Below are positions 49,152 through 62,860 of a stretch of 64,000 nucleotides of DNA, in pieces. The position numbers and the translations under genes are program-made. Origin of the DNA: Camelus dromedarius (taxonomy: Eukaryota); contig NC_087436.1 in the NCBI RefSeq assembly GCF_036321535.1, positions 19,470,001 through 19,534,000 of the forward strand, given 5' to 3'. Each line of letters begins with the position of its first letter. Position 1 is the first letter of the stretch. Under the pieces are notes generated by a model. The model searched no databases. It saw only the letters and a program-made list of their open reading frames with translations, and was not told where the DNA came from.

Positions 49152-52100
49152 CTGATAAAATTCCAATTATAAATGAGTGATTTGATGTAAATGGAAAAGT
49201 TCTCCAAAACAAAGGCCAGCATTTCTTCACACCTTAGGGATTCTGGAACTGTGTAAGTTTAATAAATGTGTAGATCTATATCTATTTAGTCTAATTTATC
49301 TAGTTTTTGAAATTCTGGGAATTGAGATGAACAATGTACTAGCTAATTACATGCTTTTGTGAGTATAGTGATTACTTTAGTCCCTAAAGAGAGTGTTAAA
49401 ATGTTTTTTTAAAAAAAGGGAAAGTAGAAAAAAAAGGATGATATAATAATATAAAGGTGCCACTTCACATATTTCTGTGTAGTGGTACAATAATTATAAA
49501 TAAGAATCAAATGGGTTAGTTTTTAAAAGACTGTCACATTTCTTATACTCTGAATTGCGATGCAATTTATCTTTGTATCCTTTAGTAATACCTGATATAG
49601 TGCCCTGTATACAGTAGGTGGTCAAAAAAATTTGTTGAATTGCAACTAAGTATATGCTGTGAATTGGATTGCTTGAAAACGAAAAGTAAGTGCCAGCAGA
49701 AGCTGTCTGGTTTGAAAAAAAATACAACACTTAACCTGAATATAGTGGTATGCACATTAAGGCAGGTAACTTTTATAGAGCAAAACTCTCTGCTTACTCA
49801 GAAATTACATAATCATCCTTTGGCAAGTACGGCTAACATAATACCACAAACCCGCTACCACATTTTTACTTGGTAAGTGAATATACATGGTTAACTCAGA
49901 CATCCTATGTGAGTCGTCTGAAAATTCACGTATGCCCAAACGATCTGGGGATCTTTTTTTTCTGGTTTTTATTATTGTTGTTGATTTTGTTTGCCTGCTT
50001 TTGATAGGACTGTAAATTGACCTGGAGAAATTATAACTAACAGACTACACCAAGCTTTGGTAAAATTTTGTTTGACTATATACTTGTATCTGAAACTTAC
50101 ATCCTTTGGCTAGTTTTCTTCCCAGTGGATATCAAATTTTGCTCCAACTGCTTTGTAAAACAGAGGAGGTTAGCTCTCTTTTGCTTACTCCCTCCTTTTC
50201 TTGTACACACACACCGTAAACGATATACACACGTAGATAGTTCTTTGACGAGCAGATATTTGCGTAGTATGAATCCCTGAATGAACTCTGAACTGGATAA
50301 TCTGACAAGAGCCAAGGTCGTTCTTCCAGCTGTCAGGAAGTGTACATCTCTCAGCTAGGAGTAATATGTCCGATTCAGTACTCAAATGGTGGGATGGTCT
50401 AGAAATACGCAGTGAAAGAGTGCCATCTCTTATTGTCATGTTTCTTTGGAGAGAATTAAAAACAGAAAGAATACAGTGATTCAGAACAAAGTACTTAATT
50501 GTTAGTTATCAACGTTGTCTATTTACAAGTTTTTCTTCTGCCTGAGAGGTTCTTGAGATCGCGATTTTCATCTCTGAAGAAGCTTATTTCTCACTTTTCT
50601 GATCTTTTTTAGTTATTCAGGCAATTTCACAGGCAGTTAAAGGAGACAAAATATTTGTTTTATTTTGGACCAGCTATCCTAGTTTTGAATACACATTTAT
50701 TCCACCAGCAACAGCAATTTCGATATTAAGGTAATCAGGAACTTTTTTATTGGAGGTCTTGTTTCTCAAAGACCTGTTTGTACTAGTGATCTTGCCGAGG
50801 CTTCTGATAAATCTGCATCAATAAAAGATGTGGTATTGATTGATTAAGCATAGAGCTGAAGTTGCAAATACATCTTACATGTGTTAAAGGAAAGACTGTC
50901 TCTTTTGATAGGAGTAAAGGATAAGTAATTGTTGAGAAGACCGAAGCCCTCTGTAACAAAGACTAACAGGAACTGTTCTGAGCTGATGGGCTAGCATGTA
51001 TTTGAACAAATAGGATCCTAATGGTTCTGTGAACTAGAAGGCAGAATGAAAGTCATTTGGGCAGCATTCCTAAGTCTGCAATTCTGTTAGGCCAGTTCAG
51101 ACTCTCTCCACAGGAAGCGGACATTGAGGTCAGAAGTTGGGTCAAAGCCTTTTAATTGTGAGCCTCTACGATGCCTCTGGGCTCAGGTCAATAACCTAAG
51201 AGGCTCTGCCTGTGGGCCTGGAAAGGGTATATTATGGGGGCTCAGGTGGCCTACCAGGCCGTTCTAATACTCAATTGTGAGAAGCAGATTATCTGCTTTG
51301 CAGATTATCTGATCTTCTATCATCAGCCTTCCCATTGGGCTTTTAGTTGCCAAGGATGGAGCTAAAATGTGAAGTGCAGGAAGTTGGGCACAGTGGACTC
51401 TGTGTGCAGTCCCATTACAAAGCCAAATATAAATCAATCAACAGGCACTGCTTTGTTAAATGACTTCAGGCTTATTTGGTTTGGCATTTTCTCTGTCTTA
51501 ATCTGTATTCTCTAGAGTTGCCTAAACCCCATTTATTTTACTCTTATCTCCTAGAAATCTTTAGGCTAGAAAACAGACAGATCCTGAAATCTATGCAAGA
51601 TGGAATTACTCCGACACCTTTCCTTTTCTCGTGTTCTCTATAATGTGGGTAGAGCCTTACGATGTAATTTGATTTCTTCCCTGGAAATTCATGAAGTCGT
51701 TCCAGCCTCGGCTGTCCTTGGTGCCCTGGTAATCTTGCTTGATGGTGCCCTTCAAGGCAGCTGTGGTTCAGTCAAAAGAAAGATGGGTTATCTCTGTGAG
51801 TCACAGTTTTCTGTGGATTAGGAAAGCAGAGCTGGATTGTGAATTATGTTTTTATCGAAGACCAGAATATTTTCATCATTCTCTGATGTTTTGAGAAACA
51901 AAGAGAGAGGGACATAGGGGAAAAGGGAGGAAGAGAAAGAGGGAGGGGGGGAGAAAGAGAGAGAAAGTAAAGGGGGAACACTAAAGACATTCTGGGCAGA
52001 TATGTTATTACAATCTTCTCTATGGCTAGACAGGTAGTATCTCTGATAAACTGTTGATAAAAAAAGTGCATTCCTTGCCCTTCTTTGGCATAAGAAAGCA

Positions 52101-52434
52101 TCCCTTCAGACTTAAAAGCAAAATGGCAGACTCAAATCCTAATCTTCGTTTTCATCATTTGATCATGCCTCCCAAAGTTCTGCTTCCAAAGCTGGTTTTT
52201 TCACCCCTAAAACACGTTCTGTGTCCTGTTTTCCACTAGTCCTGGCACAGATGCTTTAAGAACAGAGCACTGATTGGTACTCGTGAACAGGGATTTTTGG
52301 TTTCAACAACCCCTTCCCCTATCCTTTCTTTAAAATTCAGTTTTGATGACTTGGTGTTATATTAGTCACACGCTTACTTGGGATTCTGGCACATACACCT
52401 ATGAGTTTTGAATTTTGTTGGCAGCTTTTCAATC

Positions 52435-52870
52435 TTTTATTATTCAGCAGACATTCATTTCATGCCTACTTTGTGCTGGGCACTATTCTAGGTCCTTGGC
52501 ATGACAATAATTTATTAATAAAATAAGCTTAGGTTTCTGCCTTCATGGAGTTTACAGCCTATTGGGAAGAGAAAGACAATTAAAAATAAACAAATAGGTA
52601 AATTATACAGTTTTTGAAAAAGAGGTAAGAGCTAAGGAAAAACAGAAAGAAGAAGAGATGATAGGTTAAAGGAAGCCAGAAGAGCTGGGGCGGAGGGGGA
52701 GGTTGTGGTTTAATTGGGGTGATCAAGTTGGCATCATTTAGGGAGAGGGAAAACTTGAGGGCTATCGTGGGAGTTGGTCACGAAGATATTGGGAAAAGAA
52801 CATTCCAGGCAAAGGGAACAGTCTTAATGCAAAGACCATAAGGTGAGAGCATTCCTCCAGGTATTCAGAG
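52435..52870 (-). mobile_element. L2
   Basis: 'gcctactttgtgctgggcactattctagg', 'ctgccttcatggagtttacag', 'aacattccaggcaaagggaacag'. Confidence 0.85.
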
Positions 52871-53229
52871 ACCCTGTTCTTATAAATTGAAACTAAAATG
52901 CTTTTCCTAAGATCACTCTTTCATTGTCAAGCTCCTTTCCAGCCCTACTGTTTGTTTCTGAAATAATTTAACAACATTAGAAGCAGATGGTTTCTCTCCA
53001 TGTGTCTGTGTTTCTAGAAATGATGGTAAACTATTTTCCAACATCCAAGACATTCTTTTTAAATGTCTTGCATCTTCTGAGAAGTAGAAATCATAATATT
53101 TGTTAAATACTGTGTTAAAATGATTTCATGTATTGAAACAAATTTAGTTTCTTTAGGAATATGAATGAGTACACTTACTTTCCAGAATAGCTACACCTGG
53201 AGTACCTGTGCTATAAGATGGAAGGGAAA

Positions 53230-53450
53230 AACATTTATTAGGCTCCTCTTATGTGATAGGCACTGTCCTAGGTCCTTTGTATGCGTTACCTCATATAATC
53301 TCTACTATACTTCTGTGAAGTAACTGATACTGTCTCCTTTTTGTATAGGGTTCAAAGAGATATTAAATAATTCGGCCAAAATCTCAAAACAGAAAATGGA
53401 CAAGCCAGATTCAAACTCACTTCCAGTAGAATTTAAGACCAATGGATAGC
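53230..53450 (-). mobile_element. MIR
   Basis: 'aacatttattaggctcc...aggcactgtcctagg...gccagattcaaactc'. Confidence 0.7.
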
Positions 53451-53679
53451 ACCACAATTTGCCCATTTTCCTAAGGGCAAGGGAAAGAACCCAGAGGTAA
53501 TTTTTGCTTCAGGTATTTTCCATCACTTTCCACAGGCAACCAATCAATACCTCCCATTCATTTTATCACCTGAGTATCTGTCAGATTGATTCACATTTCT
53601 CCATCTTCCACCACCAAGCCCCTTGTTCAGCTATTGTTTTTCTCCAAAGCCTTGCAGGTCTCCTGGCTTCCACTGTGAG

Positions 53680-54118
53680 ACGTAGTTCTCAACCCTGGCT
53701 ATGTAGTAAAATAACTTGGGTAGTTTTGTTTTTTTTAAATTGCTGCTGTGTGGGCCCCACTTTGGATCAGTTAAATTAGAATCCTGGTGTCGGGGAGTTT
53801 GGACACTGATTTTTTTAATTGAAGTATTGTTGATTTACAATATTGTACAGCATAGTGGTCCAGTTACACATACTCTTTTTCAGTTTCTTTCCTATCATAG
53901 GCTATTACAAGCTATTGAGTATAGTCTCTGTGCTGCACAGTAGGACCTTATTATTTTTCTATTTTATATATAGTAATTTGTACCTGCTAATCCCAAACTC
54001 CTAGTTTATCCCCCTCCCCTCTCCCCTTTGGTAACCATAAGTTTGCTTTCTATAGACACTGATATTTTTTAAAAGCTCCTAAGTGATTCTAATACGTATT
54101 CAATATTGAGAGCTACTG
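53680..54118. mobile_element. MER5A-like hAT MITE split by an L1 stub
   Basis: 'gtagttctcaaccctggct...ttaaattagaatc' and 'aaagctcctaagtgattctaat...ttgagagctactg'. Confidence 0.8.
53811..54054 (-). mobile_element. L1 3' stub with TSD
   Basis: TSD gacactgat (53802-53810 / 54055-54063). Confidence 0.92.
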
Positions 54119-54979
54119 TATTAGATCTTTTTATGAGGTAAATTTTACCATCAAAATCCCTGAGTAGCTTCTCCTCCCTCTCAGGATAAAGTCTACACTT
54201 CTAATATGGCACTTCTTGACCTGGTCCCTGAACTTACCTTACCAGCTCTTGTATCTTGCCCTGCCCTTAAACTTATTTATAAATCACATAAAATTATTTT
54301 TATATTATAACTTTAGGGATGTTTATTTGTATTTCTAATCAGCCTTTTGCTTAAAATGTCCTTCGTCTAGGACTCCCTGTCCGGTAATGATCAATAAACC
54401 CTTAGGTGCACCGAGAAGCTATAAATGATCTTAATAAAATAAACAATTATTTTGTGAAGCAAATAGGGCTCCCTAATAAGGCTGATCGATATTCTTTCCG
54501 GCAAACCTACTGAAGAAACAAATGGACTCTGGCAAGTCAAAATTTGAATCTTCCCAGTAGTAATGTTGAGACCAGAATGAATTCCTTGGATTTCTCATTT
54601 TGTAGTTTACATTGGTCATGTAAACGAGAGCTGAGTAAATAATGGTGAAACAACTTCTTTTGACAATGTTGTGTTATTTAGTCCAAGAAAAGGGTATTTT
54701 CTTTCTTCATATTTGATGGAAATCTACCTTTGCCCCCGTCGTTCCTTGCTCTTCCACGCTGTCATCCTTGCAAAACGCTTCAGTAACTAAGGAAGGAGTT
54801 ATAATCTTATTCCTTATACCTTATACCTTATAGTCTTCTTTAAAAAGAGTGTTTTTGTAAGATTAAAAATAAAAAGGCGGCTAGTGCTTTTTTGAATCTC
54901 CTATTACTGAATGAGCTAGATGTCACTTCATTCAATGGGAGATAAGAGTAAAACAGTGAGCCGGCTTCTGAATAGATGA

Positions 54980-55170
54980 CAGTGAAGATCTCTAAATTTA
55001 GCTGTTTATCAGTCACCAGGGAAGCCTTTTTAAAAATGAGGTCTCAGCCTCCCCTTAAATATAATGAATAAGAATCTCTAGGTTTAGACCCAAGAGTCTC
55101 TGTTTGTTTGTTTATTTTTAAATCAGATTCCCAAGGGATTCTGATGCACAACCAGGTGTAGAAAGCACCG
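54980..55170. mobile_element. MER5-like hAT MITE
   Basis: 'tcaccagggaagcctttttaaaaat...agaatctctagg...gggattctgatgcaca...agaaagcaccg'. Confidence 0.7.
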
Positions 55171-55399
55171 GAACAGAATATATTTAGCCATGGGAGGAGA
55201 CATAGAGCAGCCTGACAGAAGTAACCCGTTTACCCATCTGAGGTAAAGTAGTGCTTTCAGAGTGCTAGGCAATCAGATGCCTGGGAGTCAAAGGCAGGGT
55301 GAAAAATACCACCCATACTTCGTCCATATTCCTTATGCTTGAGCCACCCCCAACTCATCTAGACTTCTCCAATAGTAACAGACCTCTAGCAGTTGTAGT

Positions 55400-55830
55400 A
55401 ATAGCTCTAACAATAATGGCAGTAACGTTTATTAGACTTGAGACCCTGTTTTATGTATACATATAAAAGGAGGCTATATGTGCATATATATGTGTACATA
55501 TATACATATAGCCTCCATTTAGTCTTTTTGTTTGTTTGTTTGTTTTGTTTTGTTCTTTTCCTATTGAAGTACAATCAGTTACAATGTGTCAGTCTCTGGT
55601 GTACAGTACAATGTCCCAGTCATGCATATACATACATATGTTCGTTTTCATATTTTATTAAATCTTTAATACACCCTGTGACATAGATTCTGTTATATGT
55701 GAGCAGTACACGGGGAAAGTGCAGAGTAGACAAATCACTCACCCTGGGTCTTCTTAAGTAGGCAACACTATCCCAGCTCAGGCAGGCTGACCCCACAATC
55801 CCCATTCTCAACTGCTCTGTTCTGCTGCCT
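55400..55830 (-). mobile_element. MIR split by a young L1 3' stub (~55525-55655, -)
   Basis: L1 'ttgaagtacaatcagttacaatgtgtcagtctctggtgtacag'; MIR halves on both sides. Confidence 0.7.
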
Positions 55831-58124
55831 CCAAACATGCCAGCATGTGCTTTTTTTTTTTTAATCACGTGCTTTTTACAGTTCCATTTTTTCCCTCATG
55901 ATGCTTTCTTTGCTAAGAATCTCTTACTCCCTGTTCTTCTGTATTGAAACCCTACTTTTTCTATAGAACCAACCCCCCCTCTGCCCTTCCTTCGGTGCCT
56001 TTTCCCATGATCTTCTTTGCCTTTAGACCAAATGAATGGCTCTTGACTTTGGATATAAGGAGGAAAGCAAACTGGTTTTTATTAACCATCTACCAAGAGT
56101 ACTGCGTAAGATAAATACTACGATGGCTGTGTTATGTTTGGGCAAAATGAAGTTCAAGAGTCCCCCAGTGTGTGAAAGACAGGCTTGAACCCCAGTCTCT
56201 CTGACTCTAGCTTGTGATGCTGTGACGTGTTGTTCTGTCCTTTGACATGTTCATGTCACATCACTAGCACTGCTGTAAGATAATGAACTGTGAGTTCCCT
56301 GAAGGCAAGCATATTATATCCATCTTTGAAATCCTCGTTCCAGAAAAAAGTGCTGTGTGTAAAATATGTGCTCTGGAAAGTGATCAATGACTTCTGAGGT
56401 TCTTCCGATCATCCAGATCTTGGGAGTGTTTATGGTGCTAAGCATACAGTTGGCAAATGTGATTAACTTTACTCTCTCCTTCTTCAAAGTATACTGATTA
56501 CCTAACAAACCATCAGGAAAACACCAGGTTAACCTGTTAGGGGAGTTACTGGATCCTCTCTGTTCAGCCATGTTGTCATTAATGACTTTATCTGCCTCAT
56601 GATTTTTCTCTTTTTGGAGTAACCATTTGGCAAGATAGATAAAAGAGATGAAAGAAAGAAAGAGGAAAGCATGGAGAGTAAGAAGAAGGGTTTCAAGGAA
56701 TTTTTGTGTTTACAAAGCCAAATTTTCTTCCATGAAAAGTACTTCTGAACTCAACAGGGGGAAGATAAAAACCTGAAAGGCTGAATGTTGGTATTTGTTT
56801 TGCATGCTTGAGAAGTCTGCATTCTTCTCTCTGTGCCCTGCAGTTTTAATGTGGAAACAGACAATTCTGACTTGACCTTAAGTGCCTCACCAATCTGCTC
56901 AGGGGACTCTTTGTAGGAATATGAGCTGACACCACCTTGCCTGAGCTTCTTTCGATCAATAACATGGCAGGGTACACGTGATCCAAATAGGCAGACCGAT
57001 AAGAAATAAAAGCATATCTGTTGATACAAATGGAGCGATAAATGGACTGGTTTCCATCCAAGGGCTTTGAAGGGGAAATCAAGGAGGGAAAAGACGGCCG
57101 AATGTGAATGTATAGCGAATTAATTTTTTCTGAGGGACAATTCCTCTTTCATTACTTAAGTTTAGAAGAAAGTAAGTCAAATTGTTCTAGGCCTAAAAGG
57201 AATTTGTTACTCTGATTCTTGGAATAAAATAAACCTCTTGGGAGTGTGCGTTTTGTGACTGTAAATCTACCGTGGCAAAATTGTGTTAATTTGACTGACT
57301 GGAAATATTAACCATATTATATCAAATAACTGCCAGAAATCATTCTCTACCGTGCCCTGTGACTTTATTTTAATTGATTTTTTTTTTACTTTCAGCTTCT
57401 GTGATTTTTGTTTATTCTGACACATGTTTATTAAATGCATGAAGAAAATTGGGCAAATTATTTTTAGTGTGTTTATCTTGTTTAAATTGGTGGGTTAACT
57501 CTTTTTCTTCAGAATTCCAACCTCTCTTTATTTTCCAGCTCAATACTGCTGATTTAGCTTTGGGGGCCCACTAACAGCATTATCGTCCACATCAGCAGTC
57601 TCTACAATTAAGCTGTATGCTTAGCAGTATCATTTGATGCTTCACAAAGATTTGAAAGTCAAAATTGAATATGATTGATTGCTGCAAGATATGTTAATAT
57701 TAGGATCCCTGAGCTATGGTGTAGAATAAATCACTCACTGTAATAACAAAGATAATGCCTCTAACATTTCTCATTTTATGTTCTATCAGTAATCAGGCTT
57801 AGGAAAAAGCCTCATTTGTCTGCTGTAGAGCCCTCATATTATACGAATCACAAGATGACTGTTCATAGAAGCATCATTTAGGATAGCAGAATGTACCTGC
57901 CAATGTTACCAGCAAAGATATATTCGAAAGGGTAACCTCATTTCCTGTATCAGCCCTTCTTTCTAGTTACCTTGATATTGGATGTTTAAAAATGAAGCTG
58001 TTTTCTGCTGCACATCAGAGTTTCCATAATACATCCCCCAATCAAGAAAAAATGAAACAAAACAAAAAACAAAGCTGTTTTGTTGTTTTTTGACTAACCT
58101 TGCTCAAAAAACTCTACTCATAAA

Positions 58125-58350
58125 AATATTAATGAATGTTTTTTGGATATTTACTAAGTGCAAAATACTGTACCATGCATTTAGCATGTATGGATTTATT
58201 CAGTCCTTACAATAACACTAAGGCATGTGGGTCCTGTGTTTATCCCCATTTTACTGAGGAAACCTAGACCCAGAGAGGTTACATAACTTGCCTAGGGTCA
58301 CACAATGGTAGAGCAGGATTTGAACCCAGGATGTCTGGCCCCTGTACCCT
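58125..58350 (-). mobile_element. MIR
   Basis: 'atccccattttactgaggaaacctagacccagagaggttacataacttgcctagggtcacaca...ggatttgaacccagg'. Confidence 0.9.
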
Positions 58351-58832
58351 AACATAGCAGACCTGCCGGAGGAATATGTGAGCATCTGTAGTCTCTGTGC
58401 TCAGGGGCTCGCTTTCTCATTTTGGTGGTGATAACCGTGACTAGTAGGGAAAAGCAAGGATGAGTATAGGCTGGGTAGCATTCAAAATAACTTGTCGTTA
58501 TTTACTTGAAACTGAGATGCCCAGAAAAGCTTTAACCTCCCCAAACACCAAGTGTTAATACCGGAAGTAATTTTAGAGTCTGCAGTATCTTTATTTTCAC
58601 ATGTGATTCCAGATCATGATAGGAGTATCTCTTAACTGATTTTAATTTCCTCCTGGATTATTTTGAATATTCATACTTTGGGGGGAACTTGGCATTTGTA
58701 GATCTCTCACCTGTGAAACAAAATGAATTTATACTTGATAAAAATGGTATACAATACAATTTAATATCTAGCAGGTTTGTTCAAGAAGGAAGGGGTACAA
58801 GTTGTATTCTTTTATGGTCTCTAGTCTTCCTC

Positions 58833-58999
58833 TTTCATTTATTTTCTAATTTTTATTTTATTTATTTATTTAGGCGGGCGGTAGGGAGGTAATTAGGTCT
58901 GTTTATTTATCTACTTTTGGAGGAGGTACGGGGGATTGAACCCAGGACCTTGTGCATGCTAAGCATGTGCTCTAGCACTTGAGCTATACCCTCTCTGCT
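58833..58999 (-). mobile_element. Vic-1-like SINE with perfect 15-bp TSD
   Basis: TSD tctctagtcttcctc (58818-58832 / 59000-59014). Confidence 0.95.
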
Positions 59000-60089
59000 T
59001 CTCTAGTCTTCCTCCTTTAAAGTTTTAGACCAGACCAAATGATCCTTCATTTCCTTCAGTTAATCAAGTCAGTGCAGGGTTACTACCTGTGTAAAAGTAA
59101 CTTGCTCATTTAATGTCACAGTGAAGAGTGAATTAATTTCACAGCCTTGGTTGTCAACAGCTTTGGAGATTTTGGCAGTCCTGGTTAAGTAAAGCCTTGT
59201 GTAACAGTACCAGTGACAGGACATTTGTACCGTTAAGCCTTCAAACCTTATTCATCTGTCAACACATGGGCACTTTCTGGAGCCAGCTTCTCTCACGCTG
59301 TGCGCTGCCTGCAGCTCGCCAGAAGCTCCACTTTGACTAAAAGGGTTGATTTCCCTTCTCTTATGCGTGTTCTCATTTAGCGTTAAGACCTGAGTAAAGC
59401 CTGCCCTTTATTCTGAAATGTACACAGGCATGTGTCATCTCTTAAACCCTGCTGATGTGGAGGTAAGGGGCTCCAAGGAAAAGCTGGACATCTTAGTGAA
59501 TAGTTGATGAGAGAGGAGTCTGGCGGTGTTAATTGTGAGCTGCAGTATAATGACGGCTGAAACAAAAGCTTTCTGGATGTTTTCAAAACTTGGGTAAAGT
59601 TTTTCATATTGAGCAATAGGGCCAGTGTACTGAGGTGGAATCTAAAGGGGTTTTTTGGACAGTGATAGGTTTTTTTTTAACTTGGCTTTTGTCACCTGCC
59701 TCTTTTGTTCTCTGATTGAAGGCTCATTTGTTATTGACTATGTGTGTTGTTTGTCTTGTTTTGCCTTTAATGTTTGTCTGCCTGGAATCACTTTGGAGAT
59801 ATTTACTTATTAGACATACTTAGTAATACAGCCTAAAGAAGCAGAGAATTGGTAGAGACAAGCACAAATGTTGGAGAAAGCAATGGATTCTTTAGCCAAC
59901 TACCACCGACGTAGCACAATGAAACAGAAACTTTCATTCATGGGGGCTCCGACAATTAGATTTTCAGTGATCCTTTTCAAGTAAAATTGTAGAAAAGAGC
60001 TCCCAGTTAACATTAAAAGTCATTTAAAAAGAGAGGTGGCGTTCAGTGTCTCCACTGAAAAATAATTCGTAAACAGTTGGCTTTTTGTG

Positions 60090-60299
60090 GAGCTGCACGA
60101 TCTAATATGCTAGTAGCTAAGCACATGTGGCTAGTTAAATTTAAATTTAAATTAGAAAATTAAAAACAATTTAAAATTTAGGTCTTTGGTTGCCGTAGCC
60201 ACCCTTCAAGTGTTTAAGCAGCTACCTGTGGCTGTTGTGTGGAGCAGTGCAGACTGGCACGCTCCCATCACTGCAGAAAGCTCTGTTGGACAGCACTGC
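60090..60299 (-). mobile_element. MER3-like hAT-Charlie MITE
   Basis: 'cacatgtggctagttaaatttaaatt...catcactgcagaaagctctgttggacagcactg'. Confidence 0.85.
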
Positions 60300-61319
60300 A
60301 CTGGGCAACAGGGAAACCAAAGAAGTGTGTGTTTGTTTTGCCTGTTTTATTATTTTTGGTTTTGGCTTTAGTTACAATTTTAAAATATTTTTGTATAGAA
60401 GCAGAGACTATAATTCTTAGGAGAATTAATGTGAGAATTTTGGTATTCATCTTGGTATCTTACTGTCTTGATCTTAAACAGCTCACAGATCTATAAATAC
60501 ATTATTCCAGTAACTCAGGAACTGAAGACATACGTTGTAGATTACCTAACCTGTTTTTAGTGTGCGTAGCAAAAAAAAAAAAAGGGCTTGCTTATAGGTT
60601 GCTCAGAGGAGAAAAAAAAATCTGAATATGGAGTCAAAGAATACAGTTTCTTTGCCCTTCATGAATTTATAACCCACGAATATTTTCAACACAGGAAACT
60701 CAGAAGAATTTTTGTCTGTGTGATAAAAGAAAAGGCAAGGCAAAGAAAATCTAGAAGGAAATACTTAGGAAAGTAAATCCTTTAAAATAAAGGGGAAATA
60801 ATTTTCTTAAGTTGTAGAAAGTATTATATTCTAAAAATAGTAAATGGCCATTACTTAGAATTTATAAAGTATAGAAAAGTATAGATAACAAGATAAAAAT
60901 TCACTTGGAATTTCATCATTTAGTCCTTTTTAACACTTTAATGTATTTTCTAGTCTGTCAAAACTATAGCAGTGTTGACGACAGAGACAGGTGAGTGTGC
61001 CTTAGGTTGTGTGCTCTGCACGCGGGTCATCATTTAGTACTCACCGCAGCCCCGTGAAGGAGGAATCACAGGTCTTCCACTCCTTGTCCACATTCAGAAA
61101 CAGAAGAGCTCTGAAAACCAAGAGCAAAAACCGAAAGAGTTTGGGTCAGGACAATGTCTGACCTGAAATGACATGAGGCTGTTTTTTCACTGTATTTATC
61201 TCATTAAATATGAATACTAATATGTTTTGCTGAACAAATATGTAATGTACTTGATTCTAGAGTGCTTCCCCAGAGCCCACTGGAGTGGTTACTTAAATAT
61301 ATATACACAATATAACCTT

Positions 61320-61387
61320 TCATAAATGTGGAAAATTTTGAAACCCATCTGGCTCCAAGATTTTTGGATAAAGGATATAAAAACTGA
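61320..61387. mobile_element. Tigger4/MER46-like terminal fragment
   Basis: 'tgaaacccatctggctccaagatttttggataaaggatataaaaactg'. Confidence 0.5.
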
Positions 61388-61434
61388 ATTCTCTGTGTTT
61401 TACTGAAGAGGACAAAGGGACACTAAATAACTTG

Positions 61435-61735
61435 CTCACCCAGATGTCCTGTATCACACAGATCTACACGTGTGATAGAGTTGCATAGAATTAAACACAC
61501 ACAGACACACAGATACATGTAAAACTGGTGAACTTTGGGTAAGATGAGTGGATTGTTTCACTGCCAGTTTCCTGATTGTGATATTGTACTAAAGTTGCAC
61601 AAGATGTTACCATTGGGGAAACTTGGGTGAAGGGTACACAGAGCTCTCTGTATTATTTCTTATAACTGCCGAACCTGCAGTGATAGGTTTATTTTGAACC
61701 TCGAAATAAAAAAGCTTAAAAAAAAGAAAAAAGAT
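61435..61735 (+). mobile_element. L1MB/MC-like 3' end inserted in a MIR
   Basis: 'aaaactggtgaac...gatgttaccattggggaaac...ctctgtattatttcttataactgc' + A tail; TSD aataacttg (61426-61434 / 61736-61744). Confidence 0.85.
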
Positions 61736-62573
61736 AATAACTTGTTTAAGTCCTCATGGCTAATAGGAAAAAGAGCCAAGACTCAAGCAGACTCTCTGAC
61801 GCTAGAATTTGCCCAAAACATTGATTCATTTGAGTAAAATTACTATATGTTGAGAAACAGTAAATATGTACCTACCCACCTTATGGAGCCTGAGCAGAAC
61901 TTTCAGATATCGATAACTTGGTAACCATCCCTTTCTTTACCACTGAATGTAGTAATTTTGAAGCATTATTCATCAATAATAAGAAAATTCTGGTTTAGTA
62001 AACTTCTGAGGTTGAACTTAATGATTTAATTCAATCATTTAATTGAACTTCAGTTTGTTAACTGTGCTTTAAGCAGAGATAAACTTTAATGTTGAACGCA
62101 GTCAGCTACCACCAATCAGGAGATACTAAAATAATATTTGGATGCATACTTTGTGATTTTTGAATTATTATATGAGATTTTTGCTAAAAATATAGTAAAA
62201 TTTTTAGATTAAAAATAAAAATACAAATACAGACACTTGAAAAAAAAGAAGCAAATATTATTGATTAAATTTCATTTATATAAGTATGAGTGTTTTGTTT
62301 TGTGCTTTCTAGGAGTACAGAAGATATTAACAAACCATCATTTTTTGGTAAAACTTTATATTTTCTATATTTACTGGATCTTAAGCTATAATAATGTGAT
62401 CTTAATGTATACTGACCAGGGTTGGAATTATAGATTCCCCTGATGCTCTGCTCAGTCCATGGATCATGACTTCAGTTGCTGCCTTGGAGTGGCAGTCAGC
62501 TTTTTTGGGGGGAGGAGGGTTGTCTACCTTATTGGATACTCTCCAATGAAAGTAGTATTAAAAAGGAAATGGA

Positions 62574-62860
62574 GGAGACTCATAGACATAGTAAACAATC
62601 CTATGGTTACTGGGGGGGGGGGAAGGGGTGGGAAGGGATAAATTTGAGTGTTTGAGATTTGCAAATGTTAACCACTATCTATAAAAATAGATAAAAAACA
62701 AATTTTCTATATAACTCAGGGAACTATGTTCAATATCTTATAATAACCTTTAATGGAAAAGAATATGAAAACAAATAGATGTATATATATATGCATGACT
62801 GGGACATTAAGCTGTACACCAGGAACTGACATGTTGTGACTGACTATACTTCAATTTAAA
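62574..62860 (+). mobile_element. Young L1 3' stub with TSD
   Basis: TSD aaaaaggaaatgga (62560-62573) / aaaagggaaatgga (62861-62874). Confidence 0.92.

Larger units (their letters stand above)
53510..54400 (+). mobile_element. L2 host fragment split by MER5A
   Basis: 'gcaggtctcctggcttccact' before and 'ctctcaggataaagtctacact...gacctggtccctg' after. Confidence 0.6.

Noticed and set aside
57100..57800. Repeat-free stretch with several acceptor-like sites and FOX/GATA/HNF1-like words
   Set aside because: No paired donor or open frame; such short motifs are expected in AT-rich DNA, and conservation cannot be judged here
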